In this document: positions 48,091 through 55,612 of the stretch, in pieces
Layout: every line of letters starts with the position of its first letter
Numbering within the stretch: the stretch's first letter is position 1
Source: a virus
IMG/VR virus record: IMGVR_UViG_3300026097_000980
Coordinates: 32,001 to 96,000 of that record
Strand: one strand, 5' to 3'
Length of the DNA stretch: 64,000 bases
Notes under the pieces: model-generated
What the model was told of the DNA's origin: nothing
Databases searched by the model: none
What the model saw: the letters and a program-made list of their open reading frames with translations, nothing else
Program-made: the position numbers and the translations under genes

Positions 48091-48390
48091 TCACCCTTCT
48101 CGCTCTAAATCCCATTGAACTCGGTTAGGTGGTGCAGGAGGAGTTCTTGACTTCTCCTTGGTGAATACATAAAAAGTAAAGAACAAACAAGTAAGAAGCA
48201 CTGTGTGTCCAATAATATTGTATCCAATGAATAATAGTTCTGCTGTGTAGATACCAAATGCAATACACCACATTGCCGCAAGAATATTGCTTGCTAAGAA
48301 CTTGTATTCCATAGGACTGTTGCGCAGTCCATTCTTTGTAGCATCCAAAATGCCGTAAGCAAAAGTGCCCAAGTTAATCCAACCCATCAT
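48091..48390 (-). CDS. Small membrane protein
   Basis: Two hydrophobic segments; ATGA overlap. Confidence 0.7.
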   Translation of the reverse strand: MMGWINLGTFAYGILDATKNGLRNSPMEYKFLASNILAAMWCIAFGIYTAELLFIGYNIIGHTVLLTCLFFTFYVFTKEKSRTPPAPPNRVQWDLEREG

Positions 48391-49526
48391 TTTAAAATCT
48401 CCACGATTCTTTCTGCTAATTGTTTAAACCATTCAGCATCCCTGCCCCGTGTAGTCTCTGCGGCTGTGCCAATCCTAATACCACTTGTTTCTACAAAACT
48501 TCGTGGATCATTTGGTACACCGTTCTTGTTCACTGTGATGCCGTGCTCCTCCAGTAAGTCTGCGGCTTCACGACCTGAATGTTTACTTTCACTCAAGTCA
48601 AGTAATAGTATATGCGAATCCGTGCCTCCTGTCAACAGTTTAAAGCCATTATCTACAAATACTCGTGCCATTGCCTGTGCATTGTGTACAACACGACTTG
48701 CATAGTCAATAAACTCGTCTGTGTTTGCTTCTGCGAATGCCTGTGCCTTTGCCGCAACAATGTTCATCAACGGTCCGCCCTGTGTGCCTGGGAAGATAGC
48801 TGAGTTGATTTTCTTAGTAAAGAACTCGTCGTTCCAAAGAATGATGCCTCCTCGAGGCCCACGCAGAGTTTTGTGTGTTGTGCTTGTGACAACATCTGCA
48901 TAATCACAGGGATTAGGATATGCTTTACCAGCAATCAACCCACTGTAGTGTGCCATGTCTACCATGAAGATTGCACCTACTTGATCAGCAATGTGTCTAA
49001 ACTTTTCCCAGTCAATGCGTCTAGGATATGCACTTGCACCTGCAATAATCATAGCAGGTTCTACTTCCAGTGCTTGTTTCATAATAGCATCATAGTCCAG
49101 CCAACCTTCGTCGTCTACACCATAACTGTGTGCTTCAAACCATTTGCCACTTAGGTTGGCAGGAGATCCGTGTGACAGGTGTCCACCACTTGCCAAGTCC
49201 ATTCCTAGAATCTTATCACCAGGTTCCAAAAATGCTTTGAACACAGCTAGGTTTGCATTCGCGCCTGAATGCGGTTGAACATTGGCAAATTCACAGCCGT
49301 ATAGTTCTTTGAGTTCGTCAATGGCAAGTTGTTCAATTTCGTCCATGTGTTCGCAACCGTTGTAGTAACGCTTGCCTGGATAACCTTCAGCATACTTATT
49401 AGTGAATACACTGCCGCAAAGCATCATTACGTAGTCACTGGCAAAGTTTTCTGAAGCAATAAGCTCAACAGTATTTCTTTGTCTTTCGTCTTCTTTCTCT
49501 AATATATTAACTATTCTTTTATCCAT
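48387..49526 (-). CDS. glyA: Serine hydroxymethyltransferase
   Basis: LIASEN, NKYAEGYPGKRYY, GGHLSHG, TSTTHKTLRGPRGG (PLP Lys), SGIRIGT; start reassigned. Confidence 0.97.
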   Translation of the reverse strand: MDKRIVNILEKEDERQRNTVELIASENFASDYVMMLCGSVFTNKYAEGYPGKRYYNGCEHMDEIEQLAIDELKELYGCEFANVQPHSGANANLAVFKAFLEPGDKILGMDLASGGHLSHGSPANLSGKWFEAHSYGVDDEGWLDYDAIMKQALEVEPAMIIAGASAYPRRIDWEKFRHIADQVGAIFMVDMAHYSGLIAGKAYPNPCDYADVVTSTTHKTLRGPRGGIILWNDEFFTKKINSAIFPGTQGGPLMNIVAAKAQAFAEANTDEFIDYASRVVHNAQAMARVFVDNGFKLLTGGTDSHILLLDLSESKHSGREAADLLEEHGITVNKNGVPNDPRSFVETSGIRIGTAAETTRGRDAEWFKQLAERIVEILK

Positions 49527-49527
49527 T

Positions 49528-49737
49528 TTAAGATCCTGCTCGTAAGAAGATAGGCAACACAAAGATAAAGAAAACCAGCAACCAGAAGTTTAGATACAGC
49601 CTATCCAACTTGTCGCTCATTTTCTTGATGCGAAATACTTCACCTTCGATGTATTTCTGCAGGGTGGGATCATCCGTGGTCCGTCGTGCTACTTCCTTGG
49701 CTTCTTTTTCGTATTCTTCGTCTGTTTGACCGAACAT
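49528..49737 (-). CDS. Small membrane protein
   Basis: GAGG SD, C-terminal TM. Confidence 0.6.
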   Translation of the reverse strand: MFGQTDEEYEKEAKEVARRTTDDPTLQKYIEGEVFRIKKMSDKLDRLYLNFWLLVFFIFVLPIFLRAGS

Positions 49738-49753
49738 GATGTTTCCTCAAAAA

Positions 49754-49830
49754 TGGTACCGCTGAGTGGACTCGAACCACCACTGTATAGAACCTAAATC
49801 TATCGCCTCTACCAATTGGGCTACAGCGGC
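49754..49830 (-). tRNA. tRNA-Leu(TAG) with short variable loop
   Basis: 77-nt cloverleaf, ATAGA-TTTAGGT-TCTAT, ACCA end. Confidence 0.92.
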
Positions 49831-49860
49831 ATACTACTATTTAATTATCGGGCTATAAAC

Positions 49861-50085
49861 TTACAGGTCGCTCGAATCTTTTACAAACGGGCCTGCATCT
49901 AAAATGTTCATTACAGCATTGCTGTGATCAACTTCAAACATCAAATTTAGATGTTCAAACTCTTTGGTCTCCCAGTCCTCATTTGATTGAATACGCACAT
50001 CAGTGGCTCCAGCGGCTAATGCGGCTTGAAATGCTTCGGTTCCTGCTTTGATATCTTTTGTGTATACATCTACTGATACTTTCAT
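49861..50085 (-). CDS. Hypothetical protein
   Basis: AAGGA SD. Confidence 0.65.
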   Translation of the reverse strand: MKVSVDVYTKDIKAGTEAFQAALAAGATDVRIQSNEDWETKEFEHLNLMFEVDHSNAVMNILDAGPFVKDSSDL

Positions 50086-50107
50086 TAAGTTTTTCCTTTT
50101 ATTACAT

Positions 50108-50284
50108 TTATTTGAATAGGCTCTTGCCTACAGTTTTTTCAAGTTCTTCTAAACTTGTTAAGTCTTGCTGTTTCTCTAGTATAGCACGTTTTGGATTTAG
50201 GTTAAACCGTTCTTCGAACCAAAAGTTAATGGTGTCGAAAAAGTCCACGCACCAACGGAAGATCTTGCGTTTACGAATCTTCAT
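50108..50284 (-). CDS. 58-aa hypothetical protein
   Basis: Manual translation MKIRKRKIFRWCVDFF... Confidence 0.5.
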   Translation of the reverse strand: MKIRKRKIFRWCVDFFDTINFWFEERFNLNPKRAILEKQQDLTSLEELEKTVGKSLFK

Positions 50285-50353
50285 CACTTTGCACCGCTTT
50301 TACTAATGCATAGATTGATCCAATAATAATAAGAGCAATAATTAAATCATTCA

Positions 50354-50728
50354 TTAAAATAATTCCTTTTCGGTTAACACTTTAAACTCATATCCTTGCT
50401 GTTCACAGTATTCTTCAGCGGCCTTCCACTTGGCACGATTAACCTTGTACTTCTTTTGATAGTAGGGTTTAATCTCTACAATAATAACTCTACCATCCCT
50501 AGTGTTTACCATAAAATCAGGATAGTAGTTATGCCACTTTTCATCTTTGGGAGCAACATAGGGAATATGTAGTTCCTCTGAGCTCCATTTAAATATCTTA
50601 GGGCTACGATCGCAATACAGCATAAAACGCCTTTCCCAAAGACTGCGATAGGTAATCTTGTTTACGTTACCCGCATACTTCTCAGGATTCTGTGGACGAT
50701 ATCTACCACGTATTGCTGTTGGCTTCAC
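50354..50728 (-). CDS. T4 gp4-like head completion nuclease (TnsA-type PD-(D/E)xK)
   Basis: PQNPEKY, YRSLWER, WSSEE, YYPDF, VEIKP, KWKAA, LTEKEL. Confidence 0.88.
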   Translation of the reverse strand: MKPTAIRGRYRPQNPEKYAGNVNKITYRSLWERRFMLYCDRSPKIFKWSSEELHIPYVAPKDEKWHNYYPDFMVNTRDGRVIIVEIKPYYQKKYKVNRAKWKAAEEYCEQQGYEFKVLTEKELF

Positions 50729-50730
50729 TA

Positions 50731-51267
50731 TTACTTAACTCTCAATTCTTCAATGTTAATCGGAGTGTAGTCAATGTGCTCAACACAAACACATCTGTGA
50801 TGCTCTGTGGGACTGGGATTCTGGTGAATATGTCCGTGAACATTTAACAACTGCTCGCCTTCCTTGTTGTGGCGATAGCGAAACAATCCACTAGGATCCA
50901 AAGGAATGTGACTTAACAGTAATCCGTATTCGTGAAACTCTCTCCACACAACAACCTTGGTAACAAGTCCGTTCTGAATAAAGAACTTAGCATCATCGTG
51001 GTTGCCTAAGATAAGACGCTTGCTGCCGTTGAGCCTAGCCCATAAACTTCTAAATGTGTCTTTGTTACCAAAGAACACATCACCTAAGTGATACACTGTA
51101 TCGCCAGGCTTAACAACACGATTCCAGTTCTCGATCATTGTTTCGTCCATTTCTTCAACAGAGTCGAAACGATCTCCACGAACTAACTTACCTGTGTTTG
51201 AATCCACAAAGGTAAGGATGTTAGCGTGTTGAAAGTGTGTATCACTTATTAACCAGATGTCTTTCAC
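50731..51267 (-). CDS. Calcineurin-like metallophosphoesterase
   Basis: SDTHF, HLGD, GNHD, HGHIH. Confidence 0.92.
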   Translation of the reverse strand: MKDIWLISDTHFQHANILTFVDSNTGKLVRGDRFDSVEEMDETMIENWNRVVKPGDTVYHLGDVFFGNKDTFRSLWARLNGSKRLILGNHDDAKFFIQNGLVTKVVVWREFHEYGLLLSHIPLDPSGLFRYRHNKEGEQLLNVHGHIHQNPSPTEHHRCVCVEHIDYTPINIEELRVK

Positions 51268-51578
51268 AGTTCTACTATCTCTACCGCATCGCCGAAACGT
51301 TCTTTGAGTTGATTGTAAATGCCAGCATTGCTCATCCGCAATCCTTGATACTCTTTACGCAGATTATACACGCTTCCGCTGTCGGTTTCGACTGTGATAT
51401 AGTCTTGATCAATGTTGATGTTCATTTCTTTGATACGACTGCTCATACGCCATGAGTCACCATAAAGATAACCACCACTCCATCCTGACAGAATCTTTTG
51501 AAACTGTTCACCTTCGTGATTGACTTCAACAATCACCCAACTGTCTGGTGTAATTCCTTGTTCTGGTTCAAGTTTCAT
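51264..51578 (-). CDS. Conserved phage hypothetical protein
   Basis: GWSGGYLYGDSWRMSS motif. Confidence 0.7.
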   Translation of the reverse strand: MKLEPEQGITPDSWVIVEVNHEGEQFQKILSGWSGGYLYGDSWRMSSRIKEMNINIDQDYITVETDSGSVYNLRKEYQGLRMSNAGIYNQLKERFGDAVEIVEL

Positions 51579-51834
51579 AAAGATCATCATTCCCATTGGT
51601 GATGAAGATCTTCAGTGTGCGATCATCATCTTGGATGTCATGGTCCATGTACTCATTATCTTTGAAGTATCGAACATACTCACGTTTCTCTGGTCCAATC
51701 ACTTCGACGCGAGAAATCTTTGAGAACTTTCTTTCACGTTCTAACTCACCTACTCTCTTGAATAAGAACCACGCATACCCTTGAAGTTGCTCGTGATCCA
51801 TGTTCTTGATAGTTCCTGGCACTTTATCACTCAT
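51568..51834 (-). CDS. Hypothetical protein (RVEVI...QDDxRTLKIFI domain)
   Basis: Domain shared with 52294-52854. Confidence 0.65.
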   Translation of the reverse strand: MSDKVPGTIKNMDHEQLQGYAWFLFKRVGELERERKFSKISRVEVIGPEKREYVRYFKDNEYMDHDIQDDDRTLKIFITNGNDDLYET

Positions 51835-51989
51835 GTGTTTTTATCCTCCCTACGCTGTTTGCGAATCACTGCGATTGCTTGTTGAACGGTTTTTTCTGTG
51901 AGTTTACCTTCACCTGCAATCAAACGGATGTCCTGCATATCGATACCGTCTGCTGTTGGGATTTGTGTTTCCAGTTCTTTTGAACGCAT
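51831..51989 (-). CDS. 52-aa hypothetical protein
   Basis: AGGTG SD after a TTGACA-N17-TATACT promoter. Confidence 0.55.
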   Translation of the reverse strand: MRSKELETQIPTADGIDMQDIRLIAGEGKLTEKTVQQAIAVIRKQRREDKNT

Positions 51990-52088
51990 TTCACTCACCT
52001 TTCTAACTACTATATGTATAGTATACTGTCAGAGTTTGGCTGTGTCAACTGTTAAGCAAAACTTAATGGTTCAGTTGTTAAGCGCCGC

Positions 52089-52310
52089 TTAATAAGTGGG
52101 TGCGGAATAGTCTGTGGTTTTAGTGTATTCCGCAAACCCATCAGAACCATAGGCAGGACACACTAAGATTTTCTCAGGTAATCCCACGGCATCCTTGTCA
52201 CCTACTTCACCGCAGATAAAATATCGTCCACTCTGTTCAGGAACACTGTGCATCCAAATGTTTTTGAGTTTTTCAAACAGTTCGTATTCTTCGTCAGTTA
52301 TCGTTTTCAT
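52089..52310 (-). CDS. Hypothetical protein
   Basis: Start reassigned to MKTITDEE. Confidence 0.6.
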   Translation of the reverse strand: MKTITDEEYELFEKLKNIWMHSVPEQSGRYFICGEVGDKDAVGLPEKILVCPAYGSDGFAEYTKTTDYSAPTY

Positions 52311-52854
52311 CTTCTGGTTCCCAATCCGGTTCCCAATACTCGCATTCGCATACATAACGATCCATGGAGAGACTGGCATTTCGATCGAATCCGTGAGGTG
52401 CGTCAGGATGCGTTTTACAGGGCACTTCTTGTGTATTCTCGATACGATCCAGTTCATGGGTTGCTGTAAGAGTGTCAATAAAGATTTTCAGTGTGCGGTT
52501 GTCGTCCTGTAGGGCATAACGCACTCCCTCTCCATCCTTGAGATATTTTACATACCCGCGGCCAGTCTCGTCGATCACTTCAACTCGATTTACCTTATCG
52601 TAATCAATGCCTTCCAGTTTTGAACTTGCTTTAAACATTTCCATCTTCACAGTCTCCCAGAGTTCATCATGGATAAATTTTTTCTTTGAGCGTAGACGTT
52701 CTTCTTCAACGGCCCTAAACCACTCGTTGATATCGTCTTTCATCTCACCACAAGTGGCAGGGTCTTCTAATGCCGCACTTAACCACTTGCCTATTTTTTC
52801 GTCTGCGATTTCTTTATTGCTGGCATAAGGTAATTCTGATTTTGATTTAATCAT
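52294..52854 (-). CDS. Mosaic hypothetical protein
   Basis: Several small domains, ending CKTHPDAPHGF...CEC. Confidence 0.65.
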   Translation of the reverse strand: MIKSKSELPYASNKEIADEKIGKWLSAALEDPATCGEMKDDINEWFRAVEEERLRSKKKFIHDELWETVKMEMFKASSKLEGIDYDKVNRVEVIDETGRGYVKYLKDGEGVRYALQDDNRTLKIFIDTLTATHELDRIENTQEVPCKTHPDAPHGFDRNASLSMDRYVCECEYWEPDWEPEDENDN

Positions 52855-52856
52855 TT

Positions 52857-53324
52857 CTAGTTCCTTGTGCAATCTAGTTTGTGAATATGCTTTTTTGTTT
52901 TGCGTAAGTCTGTGACCAGCCCGCACTCATAACACTTATACCAAGTGTCGTCTGCCCAACGAATCTTTGTACCACTGTCTTTTTCATACTGAGCAACGAG
53001 GTCATCAAACTCCCACAGTTCTTCAGTAGGGTATTCTTCCAACCAATCACCAAAGTCGTTCCAATCTTCACCGTGCATTATGGGCAAACTGTATTCATGC
53101 CAACCGTTCCAATACTCGTCACCAGGAACACCACGAATATCAATACGCCCACCTGCATAGTATGTGGTGACTACCTCGTATTCCCACACATCACCTGGAC
53201 CAAGACCTTTGGGATAAATCGTTTTACCTTCTTCGAGAACTTCTCTAACTTTTTTAGTTAGTCCTCGTTCGCGAAACCATTCCATATTAACAGGACCCAT
53301 CATGTTGGTGCTGTATGTAATCAT
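52857..53324 (-). CDS. Hypothetical protein
   Basis: Coupled ORF; C-terminal CxxC..H..C. Confidence 0.65.
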   Translation of the reverse strand: MITYSTNMMGPVNMEWFRERGLTKKVREVLEEGKTIYPKGLGPGDVWEYEVVTTYYAGGRIDIRGVPGDEYWNGWHEYSLPIMHGEDWNDFGDWLEEYPTEELWEFDDLVAQYEKDSGTKIRWADDTWYKCYECGLVTDLRKTKKHIHKLDCTRN

Positions 53325-53626
53325 TAACTTTTCTTTCTTTTAGGCTTGTTGTTAGCAATCAAGTCGTGTCCTGAAATGTCAGCACTCATACCTGTTTCAC
53401 CTTGCGCGATCTTTTTCAATCTATACTTGTCAAGGGTTCGATCACTTTCAATGAGCGTCCTCACAGCCGCAAGTTCAAGATCACGTTCTTCGTTGCCTGC
53501 TCGGGTCTGCTGGCTAAGCACAATTTCATACATTCTGTATTTGTCTGGTGTGCTTAGACTCTTCAGCATTTCCCTTGCTTCTTTGTCATAATTGCGATCG
53601 TTAGTCGTTCCGAATCTCTGCATCAT
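53324..53626 (-). CDS. Hypothetical protein
   Basis: Operonic overlap. Confidence 0.6.
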   Translation of the reverse strand: MMQRFGTTNDRNYDKEAREMLKSLSTPDKYRMYEIVLSQQTRAGNEERDLELAAVRTLIESDRTLDKYRLKKIAQGETGMSADISGHDLIANNKPKRKKS

Positions 53627-53822
53627 CCGCCTCCACAGCAGGTTGAGGTGCGTTATATACCACGCCCAGTTTGATTTTTCGTGCTAATGCTTTTGCATAG
53701 CGATCTCGCTTCTTTCCTGATGCTGACTCTAGTTTTGCTGTTAACTGCTTGAGAGTCAGTGGACCTAATCGTTCTTTTCCGCTTCTGGTCATCAGTGGTG
53801 TTCTTTTTCCTGTTTTCTGCAT
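53601..53822 (-). CDS. Small basic protein
   Basis: GAGG SD. Confidence 0.65.
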   Translation of the reverse strand: MQKTGKRTPLMTRSGKERLGPLTLKQLTAKLESASGKKRDRYAKALARKIKLGVVYNAPQPAVEADDAEIRND

Positions 53823-53836
53823 TTTTACCTCTTTTG

Positions 53837-54490
53837 TTAAAATTCAATCCATGTAGCCATTAAGTATTTGACATTGCTTCTGGGCGGATTACCCCTATGC
53901 GTATGTGTATAGTTTCCTGGATAAATTAGAAGAGTTCCTTCTACCGCAGTTTCGGCTTTGTTATGATATAAAAACTCTGTCTCTCCACCATCTTTTACTG
54001 TGTTAAGGTATAGGGTAACATTCATAAACCTATTACACTCTGCTCTACCCGATTGCTCCCAGTGCCATACATGAAATCCTCCGCCGATATCTGTTCTTTG
54101 AATTTGTACTTCGTTAATGTGTTGCGGGTGGAACTGTCTAGTATCTACTAAACTATACCGGTCTGCATACTGATTATAGCATTCCCACACTGTTTCGATG
54201 AACGTTTTCTGTATGGCTGGAACTCCGACTACACCCATTGTATGTACCGAGTTACTGATCAGATCAGATGTATAAAATAGTTGATTATCTTTAATGTGTT
54301 TCGGAACTTTGTCATTTTGTTGCCGAGATTTTCCAAATCCCATTTTATCCATTTGTTCGAAATATTGAATTGCGCTTCTGCAGTAACTAGGACTGAACGC
54401 TCCTTCAAATCTACCGATAAAATTATCAATTTCAACTTTACAATTTTGCAACAGTATCTCCTTACAGCTTCGAATCAATGAACTTCGCAC
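53837..54490 (-). CDS. 2OG-Fe(II) oxygenase (prolyl-hydroxylase-like)
   Basis: GGFHVWHWE, YLNTVKDGGETEF, THTHRGNPP, KY; TTGACA-N17-TACTAT upstream. Confidence 0.9.
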   Translation of the reverse strand: MRSSLIRSCKEILLQNCKVEIDNFIGRFEGAFSPSYCRSAIQYFEQMDKMGFGKSRQQNDKVPKHIKDNQLFYTSDLISNSVHTMGVVGVPAIQKTFIETVWECYNQYADRYSLVDTRQFHPQHINEVQIQRTDIGGGFHVWHWEQSGRAECNRFMNVTLYLNTVKDGGETEFLYHNKAETAVEGTLLIYPGNYTHTHRGNPPRSNVKYLMATWIEF

Positions 54491-54532
54491 TAATTAATAG
54501 TAACAAAAGAATATGCCCTTGTCAACCTAAAA

Positions 54533-54608
54533 TGGAGTGAGGGACGAGATTCGAACTCGCGTAAAACAGATTTGCAGTCTGGTGCCTAACCAATTCAGCC
54601 ACCCTCAC
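54533..54608 (-). tRNA. tRNA-Cys(GCA)
   Basis: Cloverleaf, CT-GCA-AA, U73, CCA. Confidence 0.93.
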
Positions 54609-54612
54609 AAAG

Positions 54613-54688
54613 TGGAGCGGATAGGGAGAATCGAACTCCACTCTCTACGGCTTGGAAGGCCGAGGACACAACCCGTGTGCTTACCCGC
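54613..54688 (-). tRNA. tRNA-Gly(TCC), atypical D arm
   Basis: CT-TCC-AA, U73, CCA; A at position 8 and a short D loop. Confidence 0.88.
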
Positions 54689-54739
54689 ATTGTAAAAAAC
54701 CCTTGGCAGAGTCTATGACATCACCCAAAGGCCGTGTTA

Positions 54740-54815
54740 TGGTGCAACCTCCAGGGATCGAACCTGGTTCTTCGGAACTTCAACCCGACGTGAGGACCAC
54801 CTTCACCAAAGTTGC
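54740..54815 (-). tRNA. tRNA-Phe(GAA)
   Basis: TCGGG-TTGAAGT-TCCGA, ACCA. Confidence 0.9.
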
Positions 54816-54819
54816 AATA

Positions 54820-54903
54820 TGGTGGAGAGTGTTGGATTCGAACCAACGCGATGTTACTGCCAGATTTACAGTCTAGTGCTTTCGACCACTCAGCCAACTC
54901 TCC
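54820..54903 (-). tRNA. tRNA-Tyr(GTA)
   Basis: CT-GTA-AA, extended variable region, ACCA. Confidence 0.93.
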
Positions 54904-54909
54904 TCTTAA

Positions 54910-54983
54910 TGGCACCGGATGAAGGAATCGAACCTCCAGTAAGAGATTTGGAGTCTCCTGTGTTTCCATTACACCAATCCGGC
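54910..54983 (-). tRNA. tRNA-Trp(CCA)
   Basis: CT-CCA-AA, G73, CCA. Confidence 0.93.
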
Positions 54984-54989
54984 TTTATA

Positions 54990-55065
54990 TGGTCAGGATA
55001 GATGGATTCGAACCACCGTCTCCGCGCCCCAAACGCGGTGCTAAACCAACCTCAGCTATACCCTG
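54990..55065 (-). tRNA. tRNA-Pro(TGG)
   Basis: CCGCG-TTTGGGG-CGCGG, C1-G72, ACCA. Confidence 0.94.
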
Positions 55066-55070
55066 TAAAA

Positions 55071-55145
55071 TGGCTCCCGGTGTTGGAATCGAACCAACCA
55101 ATGACGGATTAACAGTCCGCTCCCCCACCTTGGGGGCAACCGGGA
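55071..55145 (-). tRNA. tRNA-Asn(GTT)
   Basis: CT-GTT-AA, U1-A72, G73, CCA; atypical D arm. Confidence 0.9.
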
Positions 55146-55152
55146 ATAAAAA

Positions 55153-55228
55153 TTAGCACGGTAGGACTCGAACCTACACCACCCAAACAAAAACTGCCAG
55201 GCGTTCTACCAGTTAAACTAAATGCCAA
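55153..55228 (-). pseudogene. Degenerate tRNA / tRNA-like RNA
   Basis: Good D arm (GTTT-AACTGGTA-GAAC) and T arm (GTAGG-TTCGAGT-CCTAC); irregular GU-rich anticodon arm, no CCA. Confidence 0.7.
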
Positions 55229-55240
55229 TAAACTTATTAG

Positions 55241-55302
55241 AAAACACTTGCTGGCTGGACTCGAACCCACTGTAGACCTCAAAATACTACAACAAGTGCT
55301 TT
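55241..55302 (-). ncRNA. Mini tRNA-like three-way junction lacking an anticodon arm
   Basis: 11-bp closing stem, UGUAG/CUACA hairpin, GUUCGAGU T-loop hairpin. Confidence 0.55.
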
Positions 55303-55412
55303 ATAATAAGTGCCAGGCTGTCCCTGACTTGACCTATCTCATTACATCCAGGCCGCCGCCCATTTATTTTTTAAAGTGCTTGTCGGATCGCGTTTCCTTT
55401 GCACTATACATT

Positions 55413-55442
55413 AAAAAACCCCGGAGTATTTCTACTTCGGGG
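55413..55442 (-). terminator. Attenuator terminator upstream of the tRNA array
   Basis: CCCCGAAGUA-GAAA-UACUCCGGGG-UUUUUU. Confidence 0.88.
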
Positions 55443-55487
55443 TCCAGTATAATCTTGTTGTGCTACTCTAGACTATACTGAACCTCC
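55439..55487 (-). promoter_or_regulatory. Antiterminator hairpin overlapping the leader stop codon and the terminator 5' arm
   Basis: GGUUCAGUAUAGUCU (55484-55470) pairs at 15/15 positions (2 GU) with AGAUUAUACUGGACC (55455-55441). Confidence 0.8.
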
Positions 55488-55577
55488 ATGACGATCATTA
55501 TACCAGCCACAGAACGATCCTGCCACCGTTGGCTGGTTCTTGGGCTTGATAATCATGTACATCGTTTTGTTCATCAT
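55473..55577 (-). CDS. 34-aa leader peptide MMNKTMYMIIKPKNQPTVAGSFCGWYNDRHGGSV
   Basis: ATG 6 nt after the -10 box (leaderless); stop codon lies inside the antiterminator arm. Confidence 0.7.
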   Translation of the reverse strand: MMNKTMYMIIKPKNQPTVAGSFCGWYNDRHGGSV

Positions 55578-55583
55578 AGTCTT

Positions 55584-55612
55584 ATATTACGACACTTGCT
55601 CTACTGTGTCAA
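55584..55612 (-). promoter_or_regulatory. Sigma70-type promoter of the leader/tRNA operon
   Basis: TTGACA-N17-TAATAT. Confidence 0.85.

Noticed and set aside
46234-49526. Host chromosomal fragment or prophage boundary
   Set aside because: sdhB and glyA lack their usual operon neighbours and are interleaved with phage-style small genes; no integrase or att site seen
49754-49830. Amber suppressor / stop-codon reassignment
   Set aside because: Anticodon TAG reads CUA (Leu); genes are intact in the standard code and TAG is used as a stop
50354-50728. Tn7 TnsA transposase
   Set aside because: Short stand-alone protein with T4 gp4-type motifs and no tnsBC or transposon ends
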